This document shows, in pieces, positions 55,245 to 63,760 of a stretch of DNA of 64,000 nt. The position numbers were made by a program, and so were the translations under genes. Source of the DNA: Candidatus Liberimonas magnetica (GTDB lineage: Bacteria; Elusimicrobiota; Endomicrobiia; Endomicrobiales; JAFGIL01); the NCBI GenBank assembly GCA_020523885.1, contig JAJAPY010000016.1, forward strand, positions 10,359-74,358. Reading direction: 5' to 3'. The notes beneath the pieces were generated by a model that was not told the origin of the DNA, did no database searches, and saw nothing but the letters and a program-made list of their open reading frames with translations. The first letter of the stretch is position 1; every line of letters begins with the position of its first letter.

Positions 55245-56249
55245 GTGAAAGAAATCAAGGACAAGAACGACCTGGCTCTCGTTGAAAAACTTCAGGAAGG
55301 ATATAAATCTATCAAGGACCAGCTGTCAAAGGTCATAGTGGGACAGGACGAAGTTATTGAAAAACTTTTAATAGCGCTTTTTTCTAAGGGCCATGTTTTG
55401 ATAGTAGGGGTGCCCGGCCTTGCAAAGACACTCCTTATCTCAAGCCTTGCAAACATCCTGGACCTCAATTTTAGCAGGATACAGTTCACTCCTGACCTTA
55501 TGCCCGCGGACATTACAGGCACTGAGCTGATAGAACAGGATCCGTCTACAGGCAAAAGGAGTTTCAGGTTCGTCAAAGGGCCGTTGTTCGGGCAGATAAT
55601 CCTTGCAGATGAAATAAACCGCACTCCTCCTAAGACCCAGGCAGCTCTGCTCCAGGCGATGCAGGAATATAAGATAACAGCAGGCGGCCAGACCTATCCT
55701 TTGATGCTTCCTTTTTTTGTTCTGGCTACCCAGAATCCCATAGAACAGGAAGGTACCTACCCTTTGCCGGAAGCGCAGCTGGACAGGTTTTTCTTTCAGA
55801 TAAATATTGATTATCCGAGCGCAGAACAGGAAAAGGCGATCATTACGCGGACGACCGGTGCCTACGAACCTAAACTTGAGAAAGTGCTGGCTGCAAATGA
55901 AATTTTAAGCCTTCAGGAAATTGTGAGAAAAGTCCCTGCCTCGGACCATGCAGTCGATTTTGCTGTCCGTTTGACCAGGTCATCGAGGCCGAATGAAAAA
56001 GACTCACCTGATTTTATTAAGCAGTTCGTAAGCTGGGGAGCCGGCCCGCGCGGAGCCCAGGCCTTGATAATCGGCGCCAAGGCGAGGGCTATCCTGTCCG
56101 GCCGCTATGCGGTTTCAATAGAAGATATTAAGGAACTGGTTTACACGAGCTTGCGGCACAGGGTTTTAGTTAATTTTCATGCAGAAGCTGAAGGAATAAC
56201 CAGCGAAGAGATAATAAAGCGGTTGTTAGCTCAAGTCGCAAGCGAATAA
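55245..56249 (+). CDS. MoxR-family AAA+ ATPase
   Basis: Walker A GVPGLAKT, Walker B ILADEINR, LATQNPIEQEGTYPLPEAQLDRF motif. GTG start after GGAGG. Confidence 0.9.
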   Translation: MKEIKDKNDLALVEKLQEGYKSIKDQLSKVIVGQDEVIEKLLIALFSKGHVLIVGVPGLAKTLLISSLANILDLNFSRIQFTPDLMPADITGTELIEQDPSTGKRSFRFVKGPLFGQIILADEINRTPPKTQAALLQAMQEYKITAGGQTYPLMLPFFVLATQNPIEQEGTYPLPEAQLDRFFFQINIDYPSAEQEKAIITRTTGAYEPKLEKVLAANEILSLQEIVRKVPASDHAVDFAVRLTRSSRPNEKDSPDFIKQFVSWGAGPRGAQALIIGAKARAILSGRYAVSIEDIKELVYTSLRHRVLVNFHAEAEGITSEEIIKRLLAQVASE

Positions 56250-56267
56250 ACTAAGCGGAACTAAAGT

Positions 56268-56387
56268 AAATTCAAAATGAAAAATGAAAAATGCAAAATT
56301 AATGTGTCCGCTATGGCGGACGTATTAAAATTATTCGCAAAAGGCGAATACCTCAATTTTGCATTTTGCATTTTGCAATTTGCATTT
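56268..56387. repeat. TGCAAAAT-dialect element, complex form with two internal GC hairpins
   Basis: Left arm aaattcaaaatgaaaaatgaaaaatgcaaaattaatg. Hairpins GTCCGC-tatg-GCGGAC (56306-56321) and ATTCGC-aaaag-GCGAAT (56333-56349). Right arm caattttgcattttgcattttgcaatttgcattt. Confidence 0.85.
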
Positions 56388-56416
56388 AAGTCAGCTGCAA
56401 TAGGCGGTCTGACTTT

Positions 56417-57292
56417 ATGAAATTTTTCGATCCGGTTTCTCTGGCAAAACTTGCAAATATGCATATCCGGGCAAAATCCGTGGTAGAAGGCCTTTTGTCC
56501 GGGCTGCATAACAGCCCTTATAAAGGGCATTCGCTTGAGTTTTCCCAGCACAGGGAATATTCCTACGGCGACGAGTTAAGGCATATTGACTGGAAGGTTT
56601 TCGGCAGGTCCGATAAATTCTTCATAAAACAATTCCAGGATGAAACAAATTTAAGGGGCTATATACTTTTAGACGCTTCAGGTTCCATGAACTTTGCCTC
56701 AAGCGGGCATATAACCAAGCTTGATTATGCCAAATTTCTTGCCGCTTCATTGGCCTACCTTTTCCTTCACCAGGAGGATTCCGCATCTTTGAGCGCTTTT
56801 GATTCCGGCCTTCGTTTTTATCTTCCTCCAAGGCACCAACTCTCGCATCTTTCGGTAATCTTTGATAAATTAGAGGAATTATCAAGCGGAGGCGAGACCG
56901 AGATAGAAAATGTCCTGAAGCTGTTCGGCCAATATTTAAAAAAGCGGGGGCTTATAATCTTTATCTCCGACCTCTTAGCGGACCCGCAGAACGTCCTTAA
57001 GGCCTTAAAATACCTGCGTTTCAGGCACCATGAGATAATCGTCCTTCAGGTGCTTGACCCAAGTGAGGTAAAATTCCCTTTCCTGGGAGACAATCTTTTC
57101 ATCCATCTGGAAAATGAAAAAGAAATCTTTGCCGATGCGGATACGCTGCGGGCAGAATACATAAAACTTTTCAAACAATTCCTGGATGAATACAAAACCG
57201 GTTTCCGCAAGGCCGATATAGATTATTATTTGATAACCACAGATACACCGGTCGAGATCGCCCTGGGACAGTGCTTGAGCAATAGAAGCTAA
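56417..57292 (+). CDS. DUF58 domain protein (MoxR partner)
   Basis: REYSYGDELRHIDWKVFGRSDKFFIKQF motif typical of DUF58; immediately follows MoxR. Confidence 0.85.
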   Translation: MKFFDPVSLAKLANMHIRAKSVVEGLLSGLHNSPYKGHSLEFSQHREYSYGDELRHIDWKVFGRSDKFFIKQFQDETNLRGYILLDASGSMNFASSGHITKLDYAKFLAASLAYLFLHQEDSASLSAFDSGLRFYLPPRHQLSHLSVIFDKLEELSSGGETEIENVLKLFGQYLKKRGLIIFISDLLADPQNVLKALKYLRFRHHEIIVLQVLDPSEVKFPFLGDNLFIHLENEKEIFADADTLRAEYIKLFKQFLDEYKTGFRKADIDYYLITTDTPVEIALGQCLSNRS

Positions 57293-57296
57293 AAAA

Positions 57297-57390
57297 CATA
57301 GCGTAGAGCGTATAGCGGATAGCGTAGAGAAAAGCTAAAACATGAACAGACTTTGACGTTCCTATACGCTCTACGCTATCCGCTATCCGC
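57297..57390. repeat. Stutter-arm inverted repeat, AGCGTAGAGCG dialect
   Basis: Left arm catagcgtagagcgtatagcggatagcgtagag. Right arm cctatacgctctacgctatccgctatccgc. Same dialect as 12426-12518. Confidence 0.85.
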
Positions 57391-57404
57391 TTTCAGTTAA
57401 ATAT

Positions 57405-59405
57405 ATGAATCTTTCTTTCCTTAATATTTCAATTCTCTGGGCCTTGCCTGTAGTATTATTACCGCTTATACTCCATCTTTTTTTCAAGAAGAACCCGAAA
57501 AAACAAGAGTTCAGCGATTTTCGTTTTATCTATCTTGCATTACAAAAACTGCAGAATAAATTCAGGTTGAGGCAGTATTTATTGCTTTTAACCAGGATGC
57601 TTATACTCTTTCTTTTGGTATTGTTTTTTGCAAAACCGATACTGCAATTCAACTTGCAGAAAGGTTCCGAAAGTAAAGATAACCTGATAGCCCTGGTTTT
57701 ATTGATAGATACTTCATATTCCATGGACTACAACCAGGAAGGCAGGCCGCGCTTTGAACATAACAAAGTGATAGCAAAAAAGATAATTTCTATGCTTTCT
57801 GCAAGAGACAGGATAGGCATCATAGCATATTCAAACAGGATAGAAGCTGCAACACCCAGCCTGAGCAACGACAAGAAATACCTTTTAAAGATAATCGATG
57901 AGCTGAAGGTTACTAACCGTCCGACCGATTTCAGCGCGGCGTGGCCTGTCTTAAAACAGCTCCTGGGCCAGTTCCCGGCGTCAAACCAGGCGGCGGTCGT
58001 ACTTTCCGACCTTGCTTCTCACGGGTTTAACACAACCCTGCCGGAAGATGACAGGAGCATCAAGGTGTTTTATTTTAAGCCAAAAGGGGGGGATAACTAT
58101 TGGTTAAATGAAGTAAAAGCGGGGTTCTCTGATGTTCAAAACATGTGGAATATAGAATCCGTGTGCAGGTTTGATTCCGGAAAGTACCCATTTTTATGGC
58201 CTGTGAACTATTTTATAGACAATAAGAAGGCAGGCAGTGATGTCCTTGATGTTTCATCGAAAGACAAAATAAAGGTTTTTTTCTCCTGCCCGGGTGAAAC
58301 CGACGGCCTGCCTTTCAGGGCCAGGCTGGAACAGGATAACCTGGACAGGGATAATAATTATTACTTACTGCTTGACCAGCCAAAAAAATGCAAGACCTGG
58401 ATAGTCGACGGGGACCCGAGGTTCGGAGGCGTTACGTCCGAGAGTTTTTATTTAAAGAATGCCCTCTTAAATGCCGTAACAGTAGGCGAAGACAAGGTAG
58501 ATGAAACGCAGTTAAAGCCTCCCGGAGTCGTTATCCTTGCAAATTTAAGGAAAGACCATGAAAATATAGACCGGTTCATAAACTCCGGAGGAGGGGCGCT
58601 TATTTTTCTTGGCGACAGGACAGCTGATGAATTCAATCCCGATTACCTGCCGGGGAATATCGGTTCCAGGTTTGAGAAAACCCAAAGCATAAACTGGGAA
58701 TCCAAGGACCATGTTTTGAACAAGTTAATGGATATGTCCGAATTTGAGATCGCCAATATCGCCGTAAATCAGGGTTTTGTGCTTCAGGCAAAACCGGGTT
58801 CTCAGGTACTGGCGAGCCTTTCATCGGGCTGGCCTTATCTGCTTGAATCGAAGTACGGCGACGGCAGGGTTATCCTGTGCGCGACCAGGGCAAACCGCGA
58901 GTGGGGCAACATCGTAAGTAAAACCGTTTTTATGCCCCTGATAAAAAATATCGCAGCTTATTTGTCCGGTGGTGCCGAGGAAACGAATACAGCTTCTTTA
59001 AAAATAGGCGAAGCTTTTAGGTATAAAACTTCTATGCCGGATAGCAGGGTTCTTAAGCCCGACGGCACTGTCGTAAAGGCTGTAAAGGGAGGCGAAGAGG
59101 CTCTTTTTACCGATACCGAAGAACCGGGCATATATGCTATGGTTTCAGGCGGCAGGGTTATAAAAAAGTTTGCGGTAAATCTAGACACATCTATTGAAAG
59201 CGAGCTTTCACCCGCGGGCGATACAAGCCTTAAGAGGTATTTTTCAAAGAATTACCTCATAAAGCTTGACGAAGCTAACTGGGAAAGCCAGTTCATTTCG
59301 GCCATATCCGGAAAAGATATATCCAGATGGCTGCTCCTAATCATATTTTTGCTTATAATAGCCGAAATTTATCTTGCAAACCCGATGTCTAAAAAAATAA
59401 ATTAG
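57405..59405 (+). CDS. BatA-N-terminal-domain / von Willebrand factor A membrane protein
   Basis: Aerotolerance-regulator N-terminal motif (ILWALPVVLLPLILHLF), VWA MIDAS DTSYS, C-terminal TM anchor. Confidence 0.75.
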   Translation: MNLSFLNISILWALPVVLLPLILHLFFKKNPKKQEFSDFRFIYLALQKLQNKFRLRQYLLLLTRMLILFLLVLFFAKPILQFNLQKGSESKDNLIALVLLIDTSYSMDYNQEGRPRFEHNKVIAKKIISMLSARDRIGIIAYSNRIEAATPSLSNDKKYLLKIIDELKVTNRPTDFSAAWPVLKQLLGQFPASNQAAVVLSDLASHGFNTTLPEDDRSIKVFYFKPKGGDNYWLNEVKAGFSDVQNMWNIESVCRFDSGKYPFLWPVNYFIDNKKAGSDVLDVSSKDKIKVFFSCPGETDGLPFRARLEQDNLDRDNNYYLLLDQPKKCKTWIVDGDPRFGGVTSESFYLKNALLNAVTVGEDKVDETQLKPPGVVILANLRKDHENIDRFINSGGGALIFLGDRTADEFNPDYLPGNIGSRFEKTQSINWESKDHVLNKLMDMSEFEIANIAVNQGFVLQAKPGSQVLASLSSGWPYLLESKYGDGRVILCATRANREWGNIVSKTVFMPLIKNIAAYLSGGAEETNTASLKIGEAFRYKTSMPDSRVLKPDGTVVKAVKGGEEALFTDTEEPGIYAMVSGGRVIKKFAVNLDTSIESELSPAGDTSLKRYFSKNYLIKLDEANWESQFISAISGKDISRWLLLIIFLLIIAEIYLANPMSKKIN

Positions 59406-59482
59406 AGGGGAAATCATAGATGTCCCAATTTGGTGTCATACCCGCGAACAGACTGTGTCGCAATCGGTAAAAATGAAGGTTT

Positions 59483-59560
59483 TGTCATTGCGAGGCGTCT
59501 TTTGCCGAAGCAATCCATATTTTAACGACGAGATTGCTTCGCCTTCGGCTCGCAATGACA
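59483..59560. repeat. Nested inverted repeat with TGTCATTGC...GCAATGACA termini (REP/MITE-like)
   Basis: Outer pair TGTCATTGCGAG / CTCGCAATGACA. Inner pair GCCGAAGCAATC / GATTGCTTCGCC. Followed by the hairpin CCTCTCC-tgcc-GGAGAGG. Confidence 0.8.
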
Positions 59561-59609
59561 TTCTGGCACCTCCTCTCCTGCCGGAGAGGTTTCACAGGAG
59601 AAGAATACT

Positions 59610-60341
59610 ATGATGATTTTGAGGATACTTCTTGTTATAATCTTTTCAATAAATCTTTGTTTTTCCCAGGAAGGGAATTATTTTAAGTTCGTACAGCTGA
59701 AATATGACGGCAAATGTGACCCTTACCCGGAGGCCTGGCAGGATATACTGGAGTTTATTACCACTACTACTACAATAAAACCGCTCAAGGAAAGGAAACT
59801 GGTCACTTTAGATGACGAAGAACTGTTCTCATACCCGTATTTGTTCATCCTGGGCACAGAAAGCTTCCCGGGTTTAAGCGATAAAGACTGTGCTGTGATT
59901 AGGAGGTACCTCTCTAACGGCGGGATGATATTTGCCGAGGATTCTTCCGGGATAAAAGGCAGTGCTTTTGATTCTTCCTTCAGGAAAGAAATAGCCAAGG
60001 CCTTTCCTGAAAGCAAGCTTAAAAAACTGCCCTTTGACCACCCGCTTTACAGGGCTTATTATCTGTTAAGAAAGGTGGGAGGGAGGCGTTTGACAAATAA
60101 TTATATGGAAGGAATAGATATTTCAGGAAGGACTGCGCTCATCTATTCGCAGAATGACCTTATCGGTGCCTGGGCAAAAGACCGTCTGGGGAATTACTTG
60201 TGGCACTGCCTGCCCGGGGAAGAGACCCAGAGGTTTGAAGCGCAGAAACTGACCTTGAACCTGATAATGTATTTTGTCACAGGCACCTATAAAAGCGATG
60301 CTGTGCATAAACCGTACATACAGGAAAAGCTGGGAAGATAA
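59610..60341 (+). CDS. DUF4159 domain protein
   Basis: FKFVQLKYDGKCDPYPEAWQDIL...FSYPYLFILGTESF...IRRYLSNGGMIFAED matches the DUF4159 pattern and its usual Bat/MoxR context. Confidence 0.7.
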   Translation: MMILRILLVIIFSINLCFSQEGNYFKFVQLKYDGKCDPYPEAWQDILEFITTTTTIKPLKERKLVTLDDEELFSYPYLFILGTESFPGLSDKDCAVIRRYLSNGGMIFAEDSSGIKGSAFDSSFRKEIAKAFPESKLKKLPFDHPLYRAYYLLRKVGGRRLTNNYMEGIDISGRTALIYSQNDLIGAWAKDRLGNYLWHCLPGEETQRFEAQKLTLNLIMYFVTGTYKSDAVHKPYIQEKLGR

Positions 60342-60347
60342 TAATAT

Positions 60348-60476
60348 GGCAATTTCGAAATCCGAAGCACTAATTTCGAAAAAAATCGCAAACTTAAAAA
60401 AGCAAAATATTTTTTCTTTTTGCCTATTGGTCATTGATTATTTTTTCGAGATTCGAAATTGGTTATTCGAGATTGG
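60348..60476. repeat. Stutter-arm inverted repeat, TTCGAAAT dialect
   Basis: Left arm ggcaatttcgaaatccgaagcactaatttcgaaaaaaatcg. Right arm ttattttttcgagattcgaaattggttattcgagattgg. Confidence 0.8.
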
Positions 60477-60484
60477 AACTATAA

Positions 60485-62644
60485 ATGAGCATTGAACTAT
60501 TTAAATTTGATTATATTTTTGCTCTGTCTGTGCTTTTAGCCGCAGGCGGGCTGGTTTTGCTTTGGCATCTGCAGAACAGGAAGGCTGTTTTTTTATGGAG
60601 GGCGGCCAACATTGTAGTCCTTTTACTGCTTATCTGCCAGCCTGTGCTGGTAAATTATTCGAGCGACGACAGGCCCCTGGTGGCTGTTGCCGTAGATGTT
60701 TCTCCGAGCATGGTGACAGCAGGCCGGATAAAGACAGTGGAAGATATCCTGGAGCGAAACTATGAATCTTTGAGCGAAAAGCTAAGGCTTAAAAACTATG
60801 TTTTTTCGTCTTTGTCAGGCCAGTTAAATACCGGCCTTGATAAATATTTGAAAGACAAAAAATCAGCGGAATCGCTGGGTTTTTATACGGACCTCTACAG
60901 GTCGCTGTGGGACATAAGAAGAGAGAACGGCGAGAAATTGTCCGGCATAATACTTCTTTCGGACGGGAACCATAACGCCGGTACCCTGCCGGAGTCCTGG
61001 ATAAAAGAGCTGAATATCCCTGTTTTCCCTGTCAATTTAGGAAATAAAGGCGGCTTAAAAGACCTGGCCATAAACGGTTTAAAAGTCAGCGATTTTGCTT
61101 TCAAGAACCTTCCTTTGAAGATAACGGTAAACTTAAGCGCTATCGGTTTTTCTGGCAGGTATGCCACGGTAAATTTAAGAAGGATTGATTCGAACGCAAC
61201 ACTTGCGTCGCATACGGCCAAAATAAACTCGGATAATGAGAGTTTTGATGCCGTCCTTGATTATACGCCGAGCCTGAGCGGCAGGTTCATGTATGAAGCC
61301 GAAGCCCTGCCTTTAAAAGGCGAAACAACCCTTGCAAATAACAAAAAACGATTTTATCTTGATATAATCCGCGACAAAATACGGGTGCTTTACCTCTGCG
61401 GCCAGCCGGGCCCGGAATATTCTTTTTTAAGGCACTATCTCAAAAACGACCCGCTGGTTGAGCTGGTATCTTTTGTTATCTTAAGGAACCCTGAGAACAT
61501 TACCCTGGTATCGGATTACGACCTGTCCTTGATACCGTTTCCGGTGGAAACGATATTTGTCAGTGACCTGAAGAATTTTGATGTCTTTATACTTGATAAC
61601 TTTACTTACCGGAGGTTCGGTTTCCTGCCGGAATACCTTGCCAATATCAAGAGATGGGTGGTTGAAAAGGGCGGCGGGCTTATCATGATAGGAGGAGAAA
61701 ATTCTTTCGGGAAAGGCGGCTGGGCCGGGACTCCTCTGGAAAGTATCCTGCCTGTGATATTCGATAAACCGCAGGACGAAGACGAGAACGGGCTGTTCAG
61801 CCCTAAAATAGAGGATACGCGGCAGGACATAATGAGGTTAAACGATGACGAAAAAAAGAACCTGGAACTCTGGAAAAACGCCCCGCAGCTTGAGGGCTGC
61901 CAGGCGCTTGTTAAAAACTTAAATGCAAAGGTATTGCTGCGCCATCCATGGAAGAACTGGGTTGTGCTGGCCTCGTGGGATATAGGAAAAGGCAGGGCTG
62001 CCGCGCTTGGGGCCAATACGACCTGGCGCTGGGCTTTAGCCGGCCAATCAACGGAATTGTATTATAGTTTCTGGAAAAATATGATCCGCTACCTTTCGCA
62101 TTCCGAAAAATCGTTCGAAGGGAAGATAAACTTAGACAGGCCGGAATACTTTTCCGGGCAGGAATACAGCTTAAAGCTAAGGGGGAACAAAGACCTGAAT
62201 AGGAAAAATATGAAGCTTGTCCTGGTGGAGCCGTCAGGACAAAGGTCTGAACTGGAGGTTAACAAAATAAGCGAGAAAGAATGGGAAGCCAAAGGCGTAT
62301 TTAGGGCCAGCGGGAAATACTCTTTTCAGTTTTATTTAAATGAGAACGGGGTTTTTGCTGCCAAGGATTCTGCCGGCGTGGACGTAAAACCATTTTTATT
62401 GCAGGAAAAAACGAACCTGAAACAGAACGATGAGCTCTTAAACAGCGCAGCCGCAGAGTCGGGCGGGGAATACTTTGATAAAGATGAAATATTGGTAAAT
62501 AAGTTGTATAGTAAATTAAGGGATATAAAAAAGAGGGCTGTAATTAACAAAACAACTCTGTGGTCAAACCCCTGGCTTATGGCTCTTATTATCTTGAGTT
62601 TTTTAGGCGAGTGGATATACAGAAGAAAAATCGGGCTGTGGTGA
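60485..62644 (+). CDS. Membrane protein with a VWA-like N-domain and a class-I glutamine-amidotransferase-like domain (Bat-operon terminal gene)
   Basis: N- and C-terminal TM helices, DVSPS MIDAS-like motif, IRVLYLCGQP...FDVFILDNF...GGGLIMIGGENSFG segment. Confidence 0.55.
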   Translation: MSIELFKFDYIFALSVLLAAGGLVLLWHLQNRKAVFLWRAANIVVLLLLICQPVLVNYSSDDRPLVAVAVDVSPSMVTAGRIKTVEDILERNYESLSEKLRLKNYVFSSLSGQLNTGLDKYLKDKKSAESLGFYTDLYRSLWDIRRENGEKLSGIILLSDGNHNAGTLPESWIKELNIPVFPVNLGNKGGLKDLAINGLKVSDFAFKNLPLKITVNLSAIGFSGRYATVNLRRIDSNATLASHTAKINSDNESFDAVLDYTPSLSGRFMYEAEALPLKGETTLANNKKRFYLDIIRDKIRVLYLCGQPGPEYSFLRHYLKNDPLVELVSFVILRNPENITLVSDYDLSLIPFPVETIFVSDLKNFDVFILDNFTYRRFGFLPEYLANIKRWVVEKGGGLIMIGGENSFGKGGWAGTPLESILPVIFDKPQDEDENGLFSPKIEDTRQDIMRLNDDEKKNLELWKNAPQLEGCQALVKNLNAKVLLRHPWKNWVVLASWDIGKGRAAALGANTTWRWALAGQSTELYYSFWKNMIRYLSHSEKSFEGKINLDRPEYFSGQEYSLKLRGNKDLNRKNMKLVLVEPSGQRSELEVNKISEKEWEAKGVFRASGKYSFQFYLNENGVFAAKDSAGVDVKPFLLQEKTNLKQNDELLNSAAAESGGEYFDKDEILVNKLYSKLRDIKKRAVINKTTLWSNPWLMALIILSFLGEWIYRRKIGLW

Positions 62645-62683
62645 AAACAATTGGAAAATTAGGCTGTTGACGGACTCCTAAGG

Positions 62684-62722
62684 TGTCATTGCTTCTCCCG
62701 CAAAGCGGGAGAAGCAATGACA
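62684..62722. repeat. Perfect 18-bp hairpin with TGTCATTGC...GCAATGACA termini
   Basis: TGTCATTGCTTCTCCCGC-aaa-GCGGGAGAAGCAATGACA, 40 nt after the stop of the 719-aa gene. Confidence 0.85.
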
Positions 62723-62932
62723 GAAAATCAAGTTCAGCAACAGCCTCATTTGAAATATTACAATCCCGCAGAATTCACTGAAAAATGCTCGCTCATCACT
62801 GGCTCCACGGTTAAGGAGGTAAAAAATGTAAACCAAACTTCTCAATTGCACATCCCACCAAATCGTCAAAAAACAGGTATCAGTCAAGCCTGCAAGGTCA
62901 AACTAATCAAAAAATTAAATGTAAAAAACCCC

Positions 62933-62960
62933 TTGAATGTTTAATTAAATCTATTATAAT
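62933..62960 (+). promoter_or_regulatory. Sigma70-type promoter candidate for the response regulator
   Basis: TTGAAT (62933-62938), 16 nt, TATAAT (62955-62960). Followed by three aataatc(a/c)aa(a) decamers in the leader. Confidence 0.4.
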
Positions 62961-63016
62961 AATAATGCAAGTTTAGAATAATCAAAATAATCCAAATAAT
63001 CAAAAATGGAGGAAAT

Positions 63017-63646
63017 ATGTCTAACGAGAAGATTTTGATAGTTGATGATGATTCGGCAATACTACAGACATGTCTAAAAGCTGTCCAGAGTATGGCCTAC
63101 GATGCTAAAGGTGTCAGCAGTGGTGAAGAAGCAGTTGAGGTGCTTAAAGAAGAACACGTTGACCTTGTTGTTACTGATTTACAGATGGGCGGTATGAGTG
63201 GAATAGACCTTCTCAAATATATAAAGGCTAACAATCCCAATACCAGTGTTATTATTATTACAGCTTACCCAAGTGCAGATAGTGCCATTGAATCCCTGCG
63301 TGCAGGCGTGAGCGACTATATAAAGAAACCCTTTAACGTTTTTGAGTTCAGGGATGCAGTCAAAAGATGCCTTGAGGCAAGAGCTGACCTGAAAGAAAAA
63401 CATACAGAATCAGCTTCTTCAACAGCAAACAGGCCGGGTGCAGAATACAGCGCCAAAAATGAGGTTCTGACCACATACCAGGTAAGCAGGTACTGCGGTG
63501 TGACACTTACTACGGTAACGAACTGGATAGAACACGGGTTGATCCCTGCTTATAAAACGCCAGGCGGCCACAGAAGAGTTAAAAAAGATGACCTGATCGA
63601 ATTCTTAAAAAACTACAACATGCCGATTCCTGATGAACTGAAATAG
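63017..63646 (+). CDS. Response regulator: receiver domain plus excisionase/MerR-type HTH
   Basis: REC residues (DDD, VVTDLQMGG, KKPF). C-terminal LTTYQVSRYCGVTLTTVTNWIEHGLIPAYKTPGGHRRVKKDDL helix-turn-helix. Confidence 0.85.
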   Translation: MSNEKILIVDDDSAILQTCLKAVQSMAYDAKGVSSGEEAVEVLKEEHVDLVVTDLQMGGMSGIDLLKYIKANNPNTSVIIITAYPSADSAIESLRAGVSDYIKKPFNVFEFRDAVKRCLEARADLKEKHTESASSTANRPGAEYSAKNEVLTTYQVSRYCGVTLTTVTNWIEHGLIPAYKTPGGHRRVKKDDLIEFLKNYNMPIPDELK

Positions 63647-63647
63647 T

Positions 63648-63760
63648 CCAAAAAGCACCAATCCCACCTACGCGGTGGGATAAGGTCATGCCGGTTCCTG
63701 AAGGGCTTAAATAGAGTTTGTCCAAATAACACCGATTCCAACTACGCGGGGAACAAGGGT
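63648..63760 (+). repeat. Two ~39-nt direct repeats, each with a stem-loop around a conserved CTACGCGG loop
   Basis: tccaaaaagcaccaATCCCACCtacgcGGTGGGATaagg and tccaaataacaccgaTTCCaactacgcggGGAAcaaggg, about 74 nt apart. Confidence 0.6.

Noticed and set aside
7613-56387. Possibility that the recurring TGCAAAAT-type repeats form a CRISPR array.
   Set aside because: The repeats are short tandem units forming inverted arms. They are scattered one per intergenic spacer and separated by whole genes. There are no regularly spaced direct repeats with unique spacers and no cas genes.
56261-56551. 96-aa minus-strand ORF spanning the moxR/DUF58 spacer.
   Set aside because: It reads through TGCAAAAT element j (giving ...NANCKMQNAKL...) and into the antisense of the DUF58 gene, so it is an artefact.
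3101-60476. Reading the stutter-arm elements as ordinary Rho-independent terminators.
   Set aside because: Most have long, AT-rich, imperfect arms with large centres and no discrete U-tract. They also sit inside operons that are normally co-transcribed. Only 704-733 looks like a classical terminator.
60274-60495. Short + strand ORFs that overlap real genes out of frame or cross spacers (60274-60495, 10397-10579, 15663-15887, 60562-60765).
   Set aside because: They are out of frame inside well-supported genes or run through repeat elements, and none has a motif.
62717-62944. 75-aa + strand ORF upstream of the response regulator.
   Set aside because: Its ATG lies inside the 3' arm of the perfect hairpin. 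It has no SD, and its composition is Q/K/N-rich with no motif. The region also contains the candidate promoter of the next gene.
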